DNA of 64,000 bases from Candidatus Eiseniibacteriota bacterium (GCA_963707915.1 OY970178.1:928001-992000), one strand, 5' to 3'; numbered from the stretch's first letter, positions 10,955 to 22,900 are shown. The notes: generated from the letters alone by a model not told the origin. Numbers and translations are program-made.

Positions 10955-12010
10955 ATGGACGACGAGTTGCCAGCCGATCCGCAGAACCTCGACCGACGCG
11001 ACTTCCTCCGCCTGGGCACCGCGGCCGGCGCGGGGATCCTGACCGGCGCCCTGGCCCGGCCCGCGGGCGCCGCGTTGCCCCCGCTCCCGGTGAACCCCCG
11101 CACGCCCGGGGCGATGCCGACGCGCAACCTGGGCCGCACCGGCTACCGCGTCGGCATCTTCAGCCTCGGCGGCCAGGCCGCGATCGAGCAGCCCGACAAC
11201 GAGGCGGTGGCCGTCCCGATCGTGGAGCGCGCGCTCGACCTCGGCGTGAACTACGTGGACACGGCCGCGGCGTACGGCGGCCCGCAGCGCTGGAGCCAAC
11301 GCTACATCGGGAAGGTGATGAAGCGCCGGCGCAAGGAGGCGTTCCTCACTTCGAAGACCGGCGACCGGACACGCGACGGATCGCTGCGCCTGCTCGAGGA
11401 GTCGCTGCGCCTGCTGAACACCGATCACCTCGACCTCTGGCAGATCCACAACCTCTCGCGCATGGACCAGGTGGAGGAGATCTTCGCGCCGGGCGGCGCC
11501 GTCGCGGCGCTGCAGCAGGCCCGCGAGCAGAAGATGGTGCGCTTCATCGGCGTCACCGGACACGCCGACCCGGACGTCCTGATGGAGGCGATCCGCCGCT
11601 TCGACTTCGACACGCTGCTGCTGGCGCTCAACGCGGCCGACCCGCACCACCTGAGCTTCGCCGAGAAGCTCCTGCCGGCGGCGGTCGAGAAGCGGATGGG
11701 CATCATCGGCATGAAGGTCCCGGCCCGCGGCCGCATCCTCGCGTCCTGGACGCCGCCGCCGCTCGAGCAGCAGCGCGAGATCGAGCGGCCGGCGCGGCCC
11801 GGCACGCTCCAGATGCGCGAGGCGCTGTACTACGTGCTGTCGCTCCCGGTGAGCACCGTCATCGTGGGTTGCGACTCGGTGGCCCAGGTCGAGGAGGACG
11901 TGGCGCTGGCCCGCTCCTTCACGCCGCTGAGCCCCGACCAGATGGCCGCCCTGACCGCGCGCACGGAGCCGATCGCGAAGCAGGCGCTCTCCTTCCGCCG
12001 CTGGTCCTGA
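10955..12010 (+). CDS. Aldo/keto reductase with Tat signal peptide
   Basis: SD AGGAGG. DRRDFL twin-arginine motif. AKR motifs RNLGRTG, GVNYVDTAAAYG, LTSK, SLRLLNTDHLDLWQIH, RFIGVTGH. Confidence 0.9.
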   Translation: MDDELPADPQNLDRRDFLRLGTAAGAGILTGALARPAGAALPPLPVNPRTPGAMPTRNLGRTGYRVGIFSLGGQAAIEQPDNEAVAVPIVERALDLGVNYVDTAAAYGGPQRWSQRYIGKVMKRRRKEAFLTSKTGDRTRDGSLRLLEESLRLLNTDHLDLWQIHNLSRMDQVEEIFAPGGAVAALQQAREQKMVRFIGVTGHADPDVLMEAIRRFDFDTLLLALNAADPHHLSFAEKLLPAAVEKRMGIIGMKVPARGRILASWTPPPLEQQREIERPARPGTLQMREALYYVLSLPVSTVIVGCDSVAQVEEDVALARSFTPLSPDQMAALTARTEPIAKQALSFRRWS

Positions 12011-12016
12011 GACGAC

Positions 12017-12049
12017 CGCCGCCCGGCCCCTGCAACGGGCCGGGCGGCG
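12017..12049. terminator. 13-bp stem hairpin between convergent genes
   Basis: CGCCGCCCGGCCC-ctgcaac-GGGCCGGGCGGCG. Confidence 0.55.
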
Positions 12050-12085
12050 TCGCGGGCGCGCGTCGGCGCCTCCCCCGCGATCCCG

Positions 12086-14138
12086 CTACTTCTTCGTCCA
12101 CTGGTCGAGCCAGCCGATCACCGTCTCGTGCCAGAGGATGCTGTTCCTCGGCTTCAGCACCCAGTGGTTCTCGTCGGGGAAGTAGAGGAACCGGCTCGGG
12201 ATGCCGAGCCGCTGCAGCGCGGTGAACGTGCTGATGCCGTTCACGTAGGGGATGCGGTAGTCGCGCCCGCCGTGCACCACGAGGGTCGGGGTCTTCCAGT
12301 TCTTCACGAAGTGGACCGGGTTCTGCTTCTCGTAGCCCCGCGGGTTCGACCACGGCGTGCCGCCGTGCTCGTACTCGGGGAACCACAGTTCCTCGGTGCC
12401 GAAGTACGCCGCACGCTCGTCGAGGTTGCCGTCGTGGGTCACCAGGCAGCGGAAACGGTCGGGCCAGTTGCCCGCGATCCAGTTGGTCATGTAGGCGCCG
12501 TAGGACGCGCCCAGCGCCGCCACGCGCGTGCCGTCCATCCACGGGTAGCGCTGCAGCGCGGCGTCGAGCCCCCTCTTCAGGTCCTCGAGCGGCTTGCCGC
12601 CCCAGTCGTCGCGGATCGCGTCCTGGAACGCCTGCCCGTAGCCGGTCGAGCCGTGGAAGTCCACGGCCACGGTGGCGTAGCCGGCGCCGGCGTAGGTCTG
12701 CGGGATTCCAGCGGTAGTGGAAGTCGTTGCCGAAGGAGCCCTGCGGACCGCCGTGGATGAGGAAGGCCACCGGGTACTTCTTCGCCGGATCGAAGTCCAC
12801 GGGCCTGACGACGGTGCAGTAGACCAGGTCGCCCCGGGCGCCCTTGAACGTGAACTGGTCCGGCTCTCCCATCTTCGCCGCGGCGACCTTCTCGGCGTTG
12901 ATGCGGGTGAGGGTGGCGACGTCGCCACCGTCCGGGCGCACCGAGTAGAGCTCGGCCGGGGACCGGAGGTTCTCCTGGGCGTATGCGACGCGCTCCGGGC
13001 CCACCGAGATGGACTTGATCGTCCCCTTGTCCACCACCGTGCGTACCGCGCCGCTCGCCACGTCCACCGCGAAGAGCGAGCCCTGTCCGAGGTTGTCGGC
13101 CACGGCGTAGAGGGACCTTCCGTCCGGCGCCCAGGCGATCGCGGAAGGCGAGCGGTCCCACGCCTCGCTCAGCACCCGCGCCGGGCCGTCGGGCCAGGGC
13201 ATGAGCACGATGCGGAAGCGGTCGGCCTCGAATCCCGGGATCTTCATGGCGAGATAGGCGAGCGTCCTCCCGTCGGGCGAGAACGCCGGCTGCGTGTCCC
13301 ACGCGCGGTTCGCGGCGGTGAGGACGCGCGGCGGCGCCGAGCCGTCGAGCGGCACGGCGAAGAGGTCGAAGTTCGTGGACCAGGCCTCCTCGCGTCCGGC
13401 CGCCTTCGCCGAGAAGACGACGGACCGGCCGTCGGGGTGGATCGCGAACTCCTCGGCGCCGCCGAAGGGCTTGCTCGGGCTGTCGGCGTCCATCGCCTTC
13501 ATCAGGTCCACGGCCTCGCCGCCCGAGACGGGCACGACGAACAGGTGGGAACGCCGGCCGTCGTTCCAGGCGTCCCAGTGGCGCACGAAGAGCTTCTCGT
13601 AGATGCGCCCGCTCGGGCCGGCCTTCTCCGTCGCCTCCGTCGCCTCGAGCCGCTGCTGCGTCTCCGCGGGCCCGGCGCCCGGGAAGACATCCATCGCCAC
13701 CACCAGGTGCGCGTCATCCGGGGCGGCCTGGAAGGCGTTGACGTCGAGCGGCAGCCGGGTGACCTGCTCCGCCTCGCCGCCCGTCACCGGGATGCGCCAG
13801 ACCTGCGAGGACCCCGACCGGCTCGAGAGGAACCAGACCGACCGGCCGTCGGCCGCCCAGCGCGGGTCCGAGTCGCCGGCCTCGTGGGAGGTGAGGCGCC
13901 TGAGCCCGACGCCGTCGGAGCCGACCAGCCACAGGTCGGTGCGCCGGCGATCGTGCTCCAAGTCGGTGCGGCTCAGCACGAAGACGACCAGCCGGCCGTC
14001 GGGCGAGACCCGCGGGTCGGAGACGCGATCCATCGCGAGCAGGTCATGGACCGAGAACGGGTGGGGCGCCGTCGCCGGGGCGGCGATCGCGGCCAGCGGA
14101 GTGCCCAGCATCCACAGCAAGAGGACCGCACGGAACAT
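12086..14138 (-). CDS. S9 family (prolyl oligopeptidase / dipeptidyl aminopeptidase-like) peptidase, frameshift near 12705
   Basis: Signal peptide, TolB-like propeller repeats (SPDGR, WAADGR), IHGGPQG, catalytic GASYG, HGGRDYRI and PDENHW, split between ORFs 11919-14213 and 12086-12928. Confidence 0.9.
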
Positions 14139-14433
14139 GGAGACCTCCAAATGAGGGTGGACATTCGATCGACGAACGATGCATCCTAGCGCGGAGGGCA
14201 TCGCGGGGACCATCGCGCGGAACCTCGGCGCGGGGCATCGAAGTCGGCGGAACCGTCGGTGCGACGGCCCGGCGGCTCCGCCGCTGGCGCCGACACCGCG
14301 GTCCGCCCCGCGCAGCCCTCCCGAATCGGGTGAAGCTGCGCGTGCAAGTCGCCGATAAACAATGGACTACCGTTCGTCCGGACGGCGCGCGCGGTGAACC
14401 ATGGACCTGGCTGCATCCAACGAAAGGCTCCCG

Positions 14434-14928
14434 ATGAGACCCCTCGCACTGCTCTTCCCTCGACGCGCCGCCGCCACGCTCGTCGTGGCCTGCCTCGGGC
14501 TCCTGTTCTGCGTCCCCGCCCACGCGCGGCCCGCGCACCGGGCCGTCAAGCGCCGGCCGCCGGCCGTCGTCCAGGCGAAGCCGGTCACGCCGCCCGCCGT
14601 GGCCGTCGCCGCATCCCCGGTCGGCGCCGCCGGGATGATCGTGAGCATCGACCCCGAAACCGGCGCGCTCGTGGTCCCCACCGCGGATCAGGTGCGCCAG
14701 CTGACCGGGGCCGAGCGGACCGGGCTGATGCGCACGTCCGAGGGACTCACCGAGGTGCGCCTCCCCAACGGCGCCGTGATGGTGGACCTGCAGGGCCGCT
14801 TCATGGAGTTCAGCCTCGCGCAGATCGACGCCACCGGCCGGCCGCACTTCTTCGGCGTGAATGACGAGACCGTGCTGCGCGCGCTGCTGGCGCGACGCGT
14901 CCCCACCCCCGCCCTCGAGGAGAAGTAG
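14434..14928 (+). CDS. Small secreted protein, post-PEP-CTERM-1-domain-like
   Basis: Signal peptide. Motif AGMIVSIDPETG..VPTADQ...LTEVRLPNGAVMVDLQGRFM. Ends 2 nt before the PA-domain peptidase. Confidence 0.6.
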   Translation: MRPLALLFPRRAAATLVVACLGLLFCVPAHARPAHRAVKRRPPAVVQAKPVTPPAVAVAASPVGAAGMIVSIDPETGALVVPTADQVRQLTGAERTGLMRTSEGLTEVRLPNGAVMVDLQGRFMEFSLAQIDATGRPHFFGVNDETVLRALLARRVPTPALEEK

Positions 14929-14930
14929 CC

Positions 14931-16865
14931 ATGACGACGCGCATCCTCCGTCCTCTGCTGCGGCTCCTCCCGGCGCTCGCGATCGTGTTCGCCGTCGCCA
15001 CGACCCGAGCGGCGACCATCACCATCGTCAACATGGACGGCGCGGGCGAGGGCTTCAATGACCCGACCCCGGCGGTCCCGGTGGGCGGGAACAGCGGCAC
15101 CACCGTCGGCCAGCAGCGCCTCATCGTCTTCCAGCAGGCCGCGGCCATCTGGGGCGGCATCCTGCCGAGCGCGGTGGAGATCCGGGTCACCGCCGCCTTC
15201 AACCCGCTCAGTTGCACCTCCACCACCGCGGTGCTGGGCAGTTGCGGCGCAACGCAGATCTACCGGGACTTCGCCGGCGCCGAGTTCGCCGGGACCTGGT
15301 ACTGCAAGGCCCTGGCCGACAAGCTCGACGGCACGGATCTCAATCCCGCCAGCGCGGACATGAACGCCCAGTTCAACACCAACCTCGGCGCCACCGGTTG
15401 CCTGGACGGCACCTTCTGGTACTACGGGCTCGACCACAATCACGGGACGAGCATCGACCTGCTCGTCGTCCTGCTCCACGAGATGGGCCATGGGCTCGGT
15501 TTCCAGACCTTCATCAACGGCACCACCGGCGCGCTCTTCAGCAGCTACCCGGACATCTTCTCCAAGTTCCTCTACGATCAGACCACGGGGCTCCACTGGG
15601 ACGAGGAGTCGGCCGGCCAGCGCGCGGCCTCGGCGATCGTGCCCTACAAGCTGCTCTGGGACGGCGCGGCGACGAAGTTCATGGCCCCGAACACGCTGCA
15701 GTTCGGACGGGCCGTCCTGCGGGTGAACGCGCCCGCGGGGATCGCCGGTGACTACCCCGTGGGGACCGCCAGCTTCGGGCCTGCGCTCTCCAGCCCGGGC
15801 GTGACCGCCCCGGTGGTGCTGGCCGACGACGGCGCCGCTCCGACCAGCGACGCCTGCACGGCGCTCATCAACGGTGCCCAGGTGGCCGGCAAGATCGCCA
15901 TCGTGGACCGCGGCACCTGCAACTTCACGGTCAAGGTCAAGGCCTGCCAGGACGCGGGCGCCGTGGGCGTCATCGTCGCGGACAACGCCGCCGGTTCCCC
16001 GCCCGCGGGGCTCGGCGGCACGGACGCCACCATCACCATCCCCGCGGTGCGCGTCACGCAGGCCGACGGCGTCACGCTCAAGGCGCAGATCGCCTCGGGG
16101 CTCAACGTCACCCTGCTGGCCGACCCGGCGCTGATGGCCGGGGCGGATTCCCAGGGCCGGGTGATGATGTACACGCCGAACCCGTTCCAGTCGGGCTCGT
16201 CGGTCTCGCACTTCGACGTGTCCTGCACGCCCAACCTGCTCATGGAGCCGGCGGTCAACGCCGACCTGACCTCGAGCGTCGACCTCACCCGCTTCGCGTT
16301 CGAGGACATGGGCTGGCTGCCGCGCACCACGTCGGTGATGGTCTCGCTGGTGAACGCCCTGGTCGTCGACGGGGCGGTCCAGATCACCTGGCAGATCGAC
16401 GGCGGCCTCGAGGCGACGGTCGAGCGAAGCCACGGCGACGGCGCGTGGCAGGCCGGCCCCCGGCTTTCGGTCGACGGCACCGGCCGGATGGAATACCAGG
16501 ACAGCGACGTGGTCCCGGGTCAGCGCTACGGCTACCGGCTGGTGCTGCTCGACGCGGGCACCGAGGTCCGCGCCGGCGAGGTGTGGGTGGACGTGCCGCT
16601 CGGCAGCCGGCTCGCGCTGCGCGGGGCGGCGCCGAACCCGTCGCGGGGCGGATTGAGGATCGCGTTCACGCTGCCGTCCGCCGGGCCGGTGCGGCTCGAG
16701 TTGTACGACGTGGGCGGCCGTCGCGTGCTGGAGCGCACGCAGGCCTTCCCCGCCGGCAGCCACGTCACGGACCTCGGCGACGCAGACCTCGCCGCCGGCG
16801 TCTACCTCGTGCGGCTCACCCACGGCGGCCAATCGCTCACATCGCGCGCCTGCCTGGTCAGGTGA
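14931..16865 (+). CDS. Secreted zinc metallopeptidase with PA domain and C-terminal FlgD/T9SS-type-A-like domain
   Basis: Signal peptide. HEMGHGLG zinc motif, PA domain (GKIAIVDRGTCNFTVKVKACQDAGAVGVIV), GSSVSHFD..LMEP. C-terminal PNPSRG...LELYDVGGRRV...LAAGVYLVRL. Confidence 0.85.
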   Translation: MTTRILRPLLRLLPALAIVFAVATTRAATITIVNMDGAGEGFNDPTPAVPVGGNSGTTVGQQRLIVFQQAAAIWGGILPSAVEIRVTAAFNPLSCTSTTAVLGSCGATQIYRDFAGAEFAGTWYCKALADKLDGTDLNPASADMNAQFNTNLGATGCLDGTFWYYGLDHNHGTSIDLLVVLLHEMGHGLGFQTFINGTTGALFSSYPDIFSKFLYDQTTGLHWDEESAGQRAASAIVPYKLLWDGAATKFMAPNTLQFGRAVLRVNAPAGIAGDYPVGTASFGPALSSPGVTAPVVLADDGAAPTSDACTALINGAQVAGKIAIVDRGTCNFTVKVKACQDAGAVGVIVADNAAGSPPAGLGGTDATITIPAVRVTQADGVTLKAQIASGLNVTLLADPALMAGADSQGRVMMYTPNPFQSGSSVSHFDVSCTPNLLMEPAVNADLTSSVDLTRFAFEDMGWLPRTTSVMVSLVNALVVDGAVQITWQIDGGLEATVERSHGDGAWQAGPRLSVDGTGRMEYQDSDVVPGQRYGYRLVLLDAGTEVRAGEVWVDVPLGSRLALRGAAPNPSRGGLRIAFTLPSAGPVRLELYDVGGRRVLERTQAFPAGSHVTDLGDADLAAGVYLVRLTHGGQSLTSRACLVR

Positions 16866-16901
16866 GACCCGGCGCACCCGCGACGCGACACCGCTGACTC
16901 C

Positions 16902-16934
16902 CGGGCGGCCACCTCGGACCGAGGTGGCCGCCCG
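16902..16934. terminator. Perfect palindrome (16-bp arms) between convergent genes
   Basis: CGGGCGGCCACCTCGG-A-CCGAGGTGGCCGCCCG. Confidence 0.6.
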
Positions 16935-16938
16935 CTCG

Positions 16939-19900
16939 TCAGGCGCCGCGCGCGCCCCCCTGCCATACCCGCGCCACGAGCGCGGCCCCGTCCTCGATGA
17001 GCGTGTAGAGGCAGGGCACCAGCACGAGCGTGAGCACCGTGGACGCCGCCAGGCCGCCCATCACGGTGCGCGCCAGCGGGAAGTAGAGGACCCCGCCCGC
17101 GTTGCTGCTGCCGACCGCCAGCGGCGCCATCCCGAGGACGGTGCACAGCATGGTCATGAGGATCGGGCGCAGCCGGTGCTCCGAGGCCTCGAGGATGGCC
17201 CGCGTCCGCGCCACGCCCGACTGGCGCAACTGGTGGATGTGGTGCACCAGGACGATGCCGTTGTTCACCACGATGCCGACCAGGATCAACAGCCCGATCT
17301 GCGACATCAGGTTGAACGGGCTGCGCGTGAGCAGGCAGGTCGCGGCGATCCCTACGAAGGCGAACGGCAGCGCGAACATGATGGCGAAGGGGTGCAGCAG
17401 CGACTCGAACAGGCCGGCCATGACCAGGTAGACCAGCACCAGCGCCAGCAGCAGGTTCACCAGCATCTCCTGCTGGGTGCGGCTCTCCTCTTCGAAGGCA
17501 TCGCCGAAGGACCAGCTGTATCCGGTCGGGAAGCTCATCGCGTTCATCGTCCGGCTCGCCACCTTGCGCAGCTCGCCGCCACGTTTCGCGTCGTAGTTGG
17601 CCCGCACCGACAGCACCGAGCGCCGTTGCTGGCGCTCGACGCTGGTGGGCGTGCGCACCGTCCGGAAGTCGGCCAGCGCGCCCAGCGGCACGGTGCGCGC
17701 CGCACCGTCCGCCGGGTCCAGCGCCGTGAGCGGCAGGTCCTCCAGCCCGTCGAGGCTGGAACGGTCCTCGCGGCGCAACTGCGCCTGCACCTGGACCTCG
17801 CCCTGGGGGCTGCGGTAGCGCGCCAGCGGGCGGCCCCGGAAGAAGCCGGCCACTGCGGCCCCCACGTCACCGGTCGAGAGGCCGGCCTGCGCCACCCGCT
17901 CCCGGTCCACGACCACCTCGACCTGCTCGCGGCCCTTCTCGCCGCCCACCACGACGTCGGTCAACCCCTCCACGGCGGAGAGCCGGCGCCGCACCTCCTC
18001 GCCCAGCTGCACCAGCCGCGGGCCGGGCTCGCCGTAGAGACGCACCGCCAGCCGGGTCGCCCCGGACTGGCTCTCGTTGTCCTCGAGGCGGAGCGTGAGC
18101 CCGGGCAGCTGCGGCAGCCCCGCGCGCAGGGCCGCGCGCAGGCCCCGCGCGCCCTCGTCGTTCGCCTTCTCGTCCGCGAGGTACGCCCGGGTCGCGGCGT
18201 AGTTGCCGGTGTAGTACGAGTAGACCGACTTCACGTGGAGGGAGTCTCGGCGGGCGTGGACCCAGTCCTCGACGCGCGTGACGTACCGCTCGACCTCCCG
18301 GTGGTTCAGGTTGTCGGCGAACTCGTACTCGATGCTCACCGCCTCGACCTTGTTGCCGGTGAAGGCGCTCTTGTCCACCGGGATGAACATCAGCACGGCG
18401 GCCAGCATCACCGCGCCGGCGATGCCCACCGTGGCCGGCCGGTGCGCGAGCGTCCACCCGAGCACGCGGTCGTAGAGGGCGGCCAGCCGGACGAGCCAGG
18501 CCGACGACGCCCCGACCTCGGCGTTGAGCACCCGCCCCATCGCGAGCGGGATCACGGTCAGCGACAGGAACAGCGAGCAGACCAGCGTGAAGATGATGGT
18601 GCGACCGACCTCCCCCACCCAGATGGTGACCTGCGTGCGCCCCCCCAGCACGAGCGGCAGGAAGACGATGATCGACGTCACGGTGGACGAGACCACGGCC
18701 GGGAGCACCTCGCGGCTGCCCCGGAGCGCGGCGCGCAGGCGCGGGGCCCCGCGCTCCCGGTGCCGCTGGATGCTCTCCAGGATCACCACCGCGTTGTCCA
18801 CCAGCATGCCCACCGCGAGCATCAGCCCCATCATCGAGAGGATGTTGAGCGAGCGCCCGCCGAAGTAGAGCATGGCCATCGCCGCGAGCAGCGCGCAGGG
18901 GATCACCGTCGCCACGACCAGCGTCGTCGTGAGCCGGCGCAGGAAGAAGAACAGCACCAGGATCGCGAGGGCCGCGCCGACCAGTCCCGCGTGCAGGAGG
19001 CCGTCGAGCGAGTTGCGGATCTCCTTGGCCTGGTCGGTGAAGGTCAGGACGCGGATCCCGCGCAGCGCCGGGTCCGACCCGATCTCCCGGAGGACGCGGT
19101 TCGCCCGCTCCGCGACGGTCACGCTGTTGGCGCCCGACTCCTTGACGACGTTGAGCCCGATGGCGCGGCTGCCGTCGAGGTGGCGGCCGTAGTCGAGGTC
19201 GGGCTCGCGCAGCGATACGGTCGCCACGTCCTCCAGCCGCAGGCCCGTGTCGTTCACAGGGTACTCCTCGAACTCCCGCAGGGAGCCGAACTGGTTCACC
19301 ACGCGGAGCGGCATGCTCGCGTCCCGCCGGCGAAGCACGCCCGCGCTCAGGCTGCGACTCGAGGCGTCGAGCCGTTGCAGCAGCCGGGCGGCGTCCACCC
19401 GGTGCCGCTGGAGGTCGGCGAGCCGGAAGTCGATGCGCACCTGGGGCGGGTCCACGCCGTAGAGCTCGACCTTCGCCACCCCGGGCACCCGGCGCAGCGG
19501 ATCCGCGACGTGCCGGTTGAGGAGCTCGTAGTCGTGCGACAGGTCCCGATCGGCGGCGATGCGGCACTCCAGCACCGGGATGTCGGAGGTCCGGAACGAG
19601 TTCACCGTGATGAGATCCACGTCCGGCGGCAGCTGGTCGCGGATGCGCTCGAGCTTCTCGCGCGCTTCCGCGCGGCGCGCGCCCATGTCCTCGCCCCAGT
19701 CGAATTCCACGCTGACGTTCGCCCCGCTCGCGGACGAGCTGGACGAGATGCGTCGCACCCGGCTCAGCGTGGCCAGCGCCTCCTCGGCGGGCCGCGTGAT
19801 CCGCTCCTCCACCTGGGCGGGCAGCGAGTTCGGGTACGGGATGGCGATCTCGAGGACCGGCCGGCTCACGTCGGGCAGGAACGCCAGCGGCACCCGCGGG

Positions 19901-19986
19901 GCCGACAGCGCGCCCAGCACCAGCAGGCACACCACCACCATGCTGGCGGTGACCGGGTTCTTCAGGCTCCAGCGCGGGAGGTTCAC
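16939..19986 (-). CDS. RND efflux permease (AcrB/AcrD/AcrF family)
   Basis: 1015 aa. Motifs AVGMLVDNAVVILESI, GIVVNNGIVLV, RLRPILMT. Confidence 0.93.
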   Translation of the reverse strand: MNLPRWSLKNPVTASMVVVCLLVLGALSAPRVPLAFLPDVSRPVLEIAIPYPNSLPAQVEERITRPAEEALATLSRVRRISSSSSASGANVSVEFDWGEDMGARRAEAREKLERIRDQLPPDVDLITVNSFRTSDIPVLECRIAADRDLSHDYELLNRHVADPLRRVPGVAKVELYGVDPPQVRIDFRLADLQRHRVDAARLLQRLDASSRSLSAGVLRRRDASMPLRVVNQFGSLREFEEYPVNDTGLRLEDVATVSLREPDLDYGRHLDGSRAIGLNVVKESGANSVTVAERANRVLREIGSDPALRGIRVLTFTDQAKEIRNSLDGLLHAGLVGAALAILVLFFFLRRLTTTLVVATVIPCALLAAMAMLYFGGRSLNILSMMGLMLAVGMLVDNAVVILESIQRHRERGAPRLRAALRGSREVLPAVVSSTVTSIIVFLPLVLGGRTQVTIWVGEVGRTIIFTLVCSLFLSLTVIPLAMGRVLNAEVGASSAWLVRLAALYDRVLGWTLAHRPATVGIAGAVMLAAVLMFIPVDKSAFTGNKVEAVSIEYEFADNLNHREVERYVTRVEDWVHARRDSLHVKSVYSYYTGNYAATRAYLADEKANDEGARGLRAALRAGLPQLPGLTLRLEDNESQSGATRLAVRLYGEPGPRLVQLGEEVRRRLSAVEGLTDVVVGGEKGREQVEVVVDRERVAQAGLSTGDVGAAVAGFFRGRPLARYRSPQGEVQVQAQLRREDRSSLDGLEDLPLTALDPADGAARTVPLGALADFRTVRTPTSVERQQRRSVLSVRANYDAKRGGELRKVASRTMNAMSFPTGYSWSFGDAFEEESRTQQEMLVNLLLALVLVYLVMAGLFESLLHPFAIMFALPFAFVGIAATCLLTRSPFNLMSQIGLLILVGIVVNNGIVLVHHIHQLRQSGVARTRAILEASEHRLRPILMTMLCTVLGMAPLAVGSSNAGGVLYFPLARTVMGGLAASTVLTLVLVPCLYTLIEDGAALVARVWQGGARGA

Positions 19987-19993
19987 GGCCCGC

Positions 19994-22900
19994 TCAGCGG
20001 CTGCGGTCCAGCGTCGCGTAGACCACCGGCAGCACGATGAGCGTGAGCAGCGTCGCGCTCGTCAGGCCGCCCATCAGGGTGAGCGCCAGCGGCGCGCGCA
20101 TCTCGGCGCCCTCGCCGATGCCCAGCGACATCGGCAGCAGCCCGAGCACCGTCACGAGCGCGGTCATGAGGATGGGGCGCATCCGCACCTGGCCCGCCTG
20201 GATCAGCGCCTCGATCTTCGGCACGCCGCGCGCGCGCAGCTGGTTCGCGTAGTCGACCAGCACGATGCCGTTGTTGGTCACGATCCCCGCCAGCACGATC
20301 AGGCCGATGAGCACCATCACGCTGACCGGAGTGCCGGTGAGCAGCAGCGTGACCACCACGCCGGCCACTGCCATCGGCATGGTGAACATGATCACGAACG
20401 GGTGGAGCAGCGACTCGAACTGGCTGGCCATCACCAGGTAGACCAGGAACACCGCGAGCAGCAGGGCCAGCCGCATCGAGGCGAACGACTCCGCCAGCTC
20501 CCGGTTCTGCCCGGCGATCGTCACCTTCGCGCCCGGCGGGACCTGCAGGTCGCGGAGCGAGCGCTCGATGTCGGCAGCGGCCGACGCCAGGTCGCGGCCC
20601 ACGAGGTTGCCGGACACCAGCGCCGCCCGCTGCTGCGAGATCCGGCGGATCTCGCTGGGCCCCCTCGCCACCGATACGCGGGCGACCGCGCCCAGCGGCA
20701 CGGTCCGCCCCTGGTTGCGGCCCACCTGGAGGTTCGCGAGCTCGGCCACCGCCGAGCGCTCGTCCTCGCGGGCGCGCACCCGCACTTCCAGCTTGCGGTC
20801 CAGGTCGCTGAACTGCGTGGACGGGTCGCCCTGCACGGCGCTGCGCACCTGGCGCGACGCCGCCGCCGGGTCGAGGCCCATGGCGGCCAACTGGTCGCGG
20901 TCGAACGCGATCTGCACTTCCGGGTCCCCGAGCCGCATGGACGACTCCACGTCCCGGATCCCCGGGAGCCGCGCGACGCGCCGCGCCACCTCGCCCGACA
21001 GCGTGCGCAGCGTGTCGAGATCGTAGGCGTAGATCTCGACCTCGACCGGGTTCTTGAACGTGAACAGCGCGGGCCGGCCGAACTCGTAGGCCAGCCCGGG
21101 GGTGCCGTTCATGGCGTCGCGCAACCGGGCGGCGACCGCCGCCTCCGCGCGGCCGTCGGTGGCGCTCTTCAGGGCGACCGCGACCTGGCCACGGTTGGCC
21201 TCGCGGGCCGAACCCGCGAACGCGCTCAGGTCGGTCTGGCCGGCGCTGGTGTAGACGAACCGCACGCGCGGGTCGCCCCTCACCGCGCGCGCGATGCGCT
21301 CGAGCGTGGTATCCGTCACCGGCAGCGACGTGCCCTCGGCCAGCCGCACGTTGAAGTAGAACTGCCCCTGCGTGACGGCCGGGAACAGGTTGCGCGGGAG
21401 CAGCAGCCCGAGCGCGAGCGTGACCGCGAGGCCGCCGGCCGAGAACGCGAGCACGCGGCCGGGATGCTCGAGCGCGCGGCGCGCGACGACCGGGTAGCCG
21501 CGCTCGATCCAGGCGTAGCCGGCGTCGAACGGCCGCAGCAGCCATTCCACCGCCGGCCGGACCCACCGCCCGGCCCGGCCCGCGCCCCGCACCAGCGTGC
21601 GGGGCAGGAAGAGCAGCGCGAAGGCGACCCCGCGCATCGCTCCCAGCCAGCGGCCACCGCGGGCGGCCGGGGCCGCAGCCGGCACCGGCGCGGCGCTCCC
21701 GGCTCCGCGGCCGCTCAGTGCCGAGAGCGTCGGCACCAGCGTCAGCGCCACCGCCAGCGAGCCCAGCATCGAGAACGTCACGGTGAGCGCCTGGTCGCGG
21801 ATGAGCTGGCCCGCGAGTCCCTCGACGAAGACCAGCGGCAGGAACACGGCGACCGTGGTGAGCGTGGATGCCACCACCGCGCGGGACACCGTGGCGGCGC
21901 CCTGCGCGGCGGCCTCGCGCGGCGCGAGGCCTTCCTGGCGCTTGCGGAAGATGCTCTCCAGCACGACGATCGAGTCGTCCAGCAGCCGGCCCACCGCGAG
22001 CGCCAGGCCCCCCAGCGACATGATGTTCAACGAGAGCCCGAGGCGGTACATGAAGATGAAGGTCGCGAACACCGAGACCGGGATCGAGAGCGCGACGACC
22101 AGCGTGGTGCGGAGCTGCCGCAGGAAGGCGAACAGCACCAGCACCGCGAGCAGGGCGCCCTCCCAGGCCGAGCCGGTGACCTCGTCGACGGCGTTCTGGA
22201 TGAACCGCGACTGGTCCGCGACGGTCACGAGCTTCATCTCGGGCGGCAGCTCGAGGCGCGCGAGCCGCCGCTGGACCGCGGCCGCCACGGCGACCGTGTT
22301 CGCGTCGCCCTCCTTGTAGACCGAGAGCTCGACCGCCTCCTGCCCCCCGAGCCGGACGATCACTTCGCGGTCCCGGCCCCCGCGGCTCACGGTGGCCACG
22401 TCGGCCACGCGCACCACGCCCGCCACCGCGCCCGCCGCCGACGCCGACGCCGGAGCCCGGCGCACCGCCAGGACGACCTCGCCGATCTGCTCGGGGCTCT
22501 TGAACTCGTTGGTGGCGCGGATCAGGTACTCGGCCTGGCCCTCGGTGAGCGAGCCGCCGGCGAGGTTGACGTTCTCGTCGGCGAGCCGTCGCGTGACGTC
22601 CGCCAGCGAGAGGCCCAGGGCGGCGAGCCGCTCGGAGTCCACGTCGACCCGGATCTCCTCCTCCACGCCGCCCACCACCTTGACCGCCGCCACGCCCGCC
22701 GCGCCCTCGAGGTCGGTCTTCACGGTGCGCTCGGCGATGCGGCGCAGCCGCTGCAGGTTGCCTCCCCCGGAGAGGCGCAGCCGCAGGATCGGGTCGAGCG
22801 AGGGGTCGAAGCGGAGGATGGCCGGGCGCTTCGCCTCGCGCGGCAGCGTCACCAGATCGAGCTTCTCGCGCACCGAGAGCGACGCCAGGTCCATGCGCGT

